Shown here: positions 33,215-34,699 of the stretch, in pieces
How positions within the stretch are numbered: position 1 is the first letter of the stretch
How the letters are laid out: every line of letters starts with the position of its first letter
Assembly (NCBI GenBank): GCA_028866975.1
Contig: JAGWHG010000002.1
Span: 1 to 34,699, forward strand
DNA length: 34,699 nt
DNA from: Candidatus Micrarchaeota archaeon
GTDB lineage: Archaea > Micrarchaeota > Micrarchaeia > Micrarchaeales > CABMGC01
Direction of reading: 5' to 3'
Position numbers and translations under genes: made by a program
Notes under the pieces: model-generated
What the model was told of the DNA's origin: nothing
Database searches by the model: none
What the model saw: the letters and a program-made list of their open reading frames with translations, nothing else

Positions 33215-34087
33215 CTACACCAGGTACAAAAGCACGTTGCCGAACAAGAGCGCTACCAAAACGCCAATGAGGGTCGGAAAAGCCAGAGGTATCGCATTCT
33301 TGTATACAGGTATCTTTCTTTTCACATTGGAGATCCTTGCAATGATGCCCTTAGTCGCCAATCTCCCAAAGCTGCGCGAGCGCCTCCTAAAATATGCGAT
33401 ATCCCCCTTGCTCATCAAATCTATCGCTATTATGTCACCGTCATCAAGCTCCTTGGGATAGACGCTCCTTACCATCTGCATCATTATCCTCTTCTCATAA
33501 AGCACCATTATCGCTGAAGGTATGGCGACAAGAGCCACCACGATCATCGAGGCGATGCCCGCGCCGAGCAGATATGCATCGAAGAGGAAGAGCGCAGCAT
33601 AGGCGACAAGCATTATGGCAGCCTTGACAAAATTGTTCTTGTGCACGCCTTTCAAAGACAGAGCCCCCTTCCCATATCCAGAAAGATAGGAGATTGGCAC
33701 AAGTATCACCGCAGCAATTCCCGTAGCTATGAATACGGAGAGAATGAAAGGAAGATTGAACTGAAGGGCGCTAGAAAGATAGGGCGCCGGCTGCATCGGC
33801 AAAAGCAGCGATATCGCCACGAACTCAAATCCGTCGCCCAGGCCGAGCTGCCCTATCCTATAGAGGAAATATGACAGCGCACCGACGATTATGGCCACAA
33901 GCGCGCTGTATTCCATCTCCTGCACGCCAAGAGTTAGGGTGAATGCAATGCCAATCGCCACGCTCGCATATGCCACAATGTCTGGTATGTCGCGCTTGTT
34001 GAAAAGATCGTAGCCGGCATAGATTATTGCAATTGCGACAAGGACCAATATCCTGATGGTGTTGACGTCGAAAAGAGGCAAAGCCAT
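33215..34087 (-). CDS. A24-family aspartyl peptidase (archaeal prepilin/preflagellin peptidase, FlaK/PibD-like)
   Basis: 290 aa. The first catalytic Asp context is YAGYDLFNKRDIPD and the second is the GxGD motif GLGDGF. A soluble insert of about 70 aa precedes the last TM helix, as in FlaK-type enzymes. Confidence 0.7.
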   Translation of the reverse strand: MALPLFDVNTIRILVLVAIAIIYAGYDLFNKRDIPDIVAYASVAIGIAFTLTLGVQEMEYSALVAIIVGALSYFLYRIGQLGLGDGFEFVAISLLLPMQPAPYLSSALQFNLPFILSVFIATGIAAVILVPISYLSGYGKGALSLKGVHKNNFVKAAIMLVAYAALFLFDAYLLGAGIASMIVVALVAIPSAIMVLYEKRIMMQMVRSVYPKELDDGDIIAIDLMSKGDIAYFRRRSRSFGRLATKGIIARISNVKRKIPVYKNAIPLAFPTLIGVLVALLFGNVLLYLV

Positions 34088-34118
34088 GCAAACAGCTACA
34101 GGATTGTTGTAGAAAAGA

Positions 34119-34126
34119 TTTAAATA
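34119..34126. promoter_or_regulatory. TATA box TTTAAATA in a 210-nt divergent spacer
   Basis: It lies about 35 nt upstream of the peptidase ATG (minus strand). On the plus strand it is about 38 nt upstream of a 35-codon ORF starting at 34160. Confidence 0.45.
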
Positions 34127-34297
34127 TCACCACAGTTACAATAAGTTCAGAGTGCGACTATGCAAGCTATCTGGAACACTAAGCATGTGTACAGGTTTGT
34201 AGCGAGCATAGCCCAGTTGTGCCTCTTTATCATCGTCGGCAATTCAATGTTGCCTGCGAGCGCATAAGATCCGAAAGTCTTTTTTTGGTGGTGTCTT

Positions 34298-34660
34298 ATG
34301 CGTGCGATATATAGAGAGTATACGGAACAAAAGCCTGTTGCGGTAGTGAAAAGGCGAAAGGAGCAGATAATCATTGCCGAGATAGGGTTCGAGGAGATTG
34401 CGACAGCTACGAGCTTTGTCGAGTACGTCTACGAGAAGTACGGGTTCTCGCGGTCGTGCATCTGGTACAACCTAAAGAAGCTCAAGCACCGCGGTGTCTT
34501 GGATTTTGCTGAAAAGAGCGAGTCGGAGGTCTACAAGCCTCTGTATCTGACAGATGTGGGAGTGGGAACTCTGAGGGCAATGCTATCACATAGCGCCGCT
34601 GCCCCGGTGGCGGCGCAACCCTCACGGGTTGCTCCTCAGATAAGGTACGGCCTTGCATAA
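34298..34660 (+). CDS. Putative winged-helix DNA-binding protein
   Basis: 120 aa. GGTGGTG lies 4 nt upstream of the ATG. It has a wHTH-like segment (FSRSCIWYNLKKLKHRGVLDFAEK...YKPLYLTDVG). The family call is weak. Confidence 0.45.
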   Translation: MRAIYREYTEQKPVAVVKRRKEQIIIAEIGFEEIATATSFVEYVYEKYGFSRSCIWYNLKKLKHRGVLDFAEKSESEVYKPLYLTDVGVGTLRAMLSHSAAAPVAAQPSRVAPQIRYGLA

Positions 34661-34699
34661 AGCCGTTTTTGGGTGGGCACATGTCGATTGATAGGTACT

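Noticed and set aside
19740-34699. Integrated mobile element or genomic island adjacent to the tRNA-Lys, tRNA-Gly or tRNA-Glu genes.
   Set aside because: By eye I found no direct repeat of any tRNA 3' end downstream, no integrase, transposase or phage-like genes, and no obvious compositional break. A computational repeat search on a longer contig would be needed to exclude it fully.
1-34699. CRISPR arrays, rRNA genes and recognisable defence or toxin-antitoxin modules.
   Set aside because: No regularly spaced repeats are visible, no rRNA-like conserved blocks appear, and no ORF carries Cas, restriction-modification, Abi or TA-family motifs that I can recognise.
34681-34699. Likely start of another plus-strand gene (ATG at 34681, preceded by GGGTGGG).
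   Set aside because: Only 6 codons fall inside the window, which is too little to call a feature.

Overview
This looks like a very compact archaeal chromosomal segment. I call 38 protein genes and 4 tRNAs, with most gaps under 50 nt and several convergent genes abutting or overlapping.

The archaeal assignment rests on TFE, aIF2-alpha, eL42 (L44e), RadA, a GINS-like protein, prefoldin beta, PAC2, diphthine synthase, Taw1, tRNA-splicing endonuclease and a FlaK/PibD-type peptidase. BRE/TATA-like boxes (recurrent TTTAAATA) sit about 25-45 nt upstream of first genes. A bacterial-type gyrB-gyrA pair and a single-chain three-unit EndA point, tentatively, to a DPANN/Micrarchaeota (ARMAN-like) or Thermoplasmata-related organism. 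That is inference only, since no search was possible.

Content is mostly housekeeping:
- DNA metabolism: SSB, Mre11, DHH, Lhr, gyrase, RadA, GINS-like, dCTP deaminase.
- Translation and tRNA processing.
- ADP-forming acetyl-CoA synthetase.

I found no CRISPR array, IS element, integrase, prophage or recognisable defence system. I cannot honestly point to a clear novel multi-gene system.

The items most worth a second look:
- The three-unit EndA, together with an intron-containing initiator tRNA that has a textbook bulge-helix-bulge motif.
- A TFE with a histone-tail-like Lys-rich N-terminal extension and a non-canonical zinc ribbon.
- A stand-alone Mre11 with a variant motif III, tightly coupled to a DHH nuclease.
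- A wHTH gene coupled to a heavily N-glycosylation-sequon-rich surface protein.
- A tandem pair of unknown paralogs next to tRNA-Glu.
- Unusually long spacers upstream of radA, upstream of the last wHTH gene and downstream of tfe, which carry small-ORF or structured-RNA candidates.

All family calls come from motif recognition by eye and all coordinates were derived by hand.
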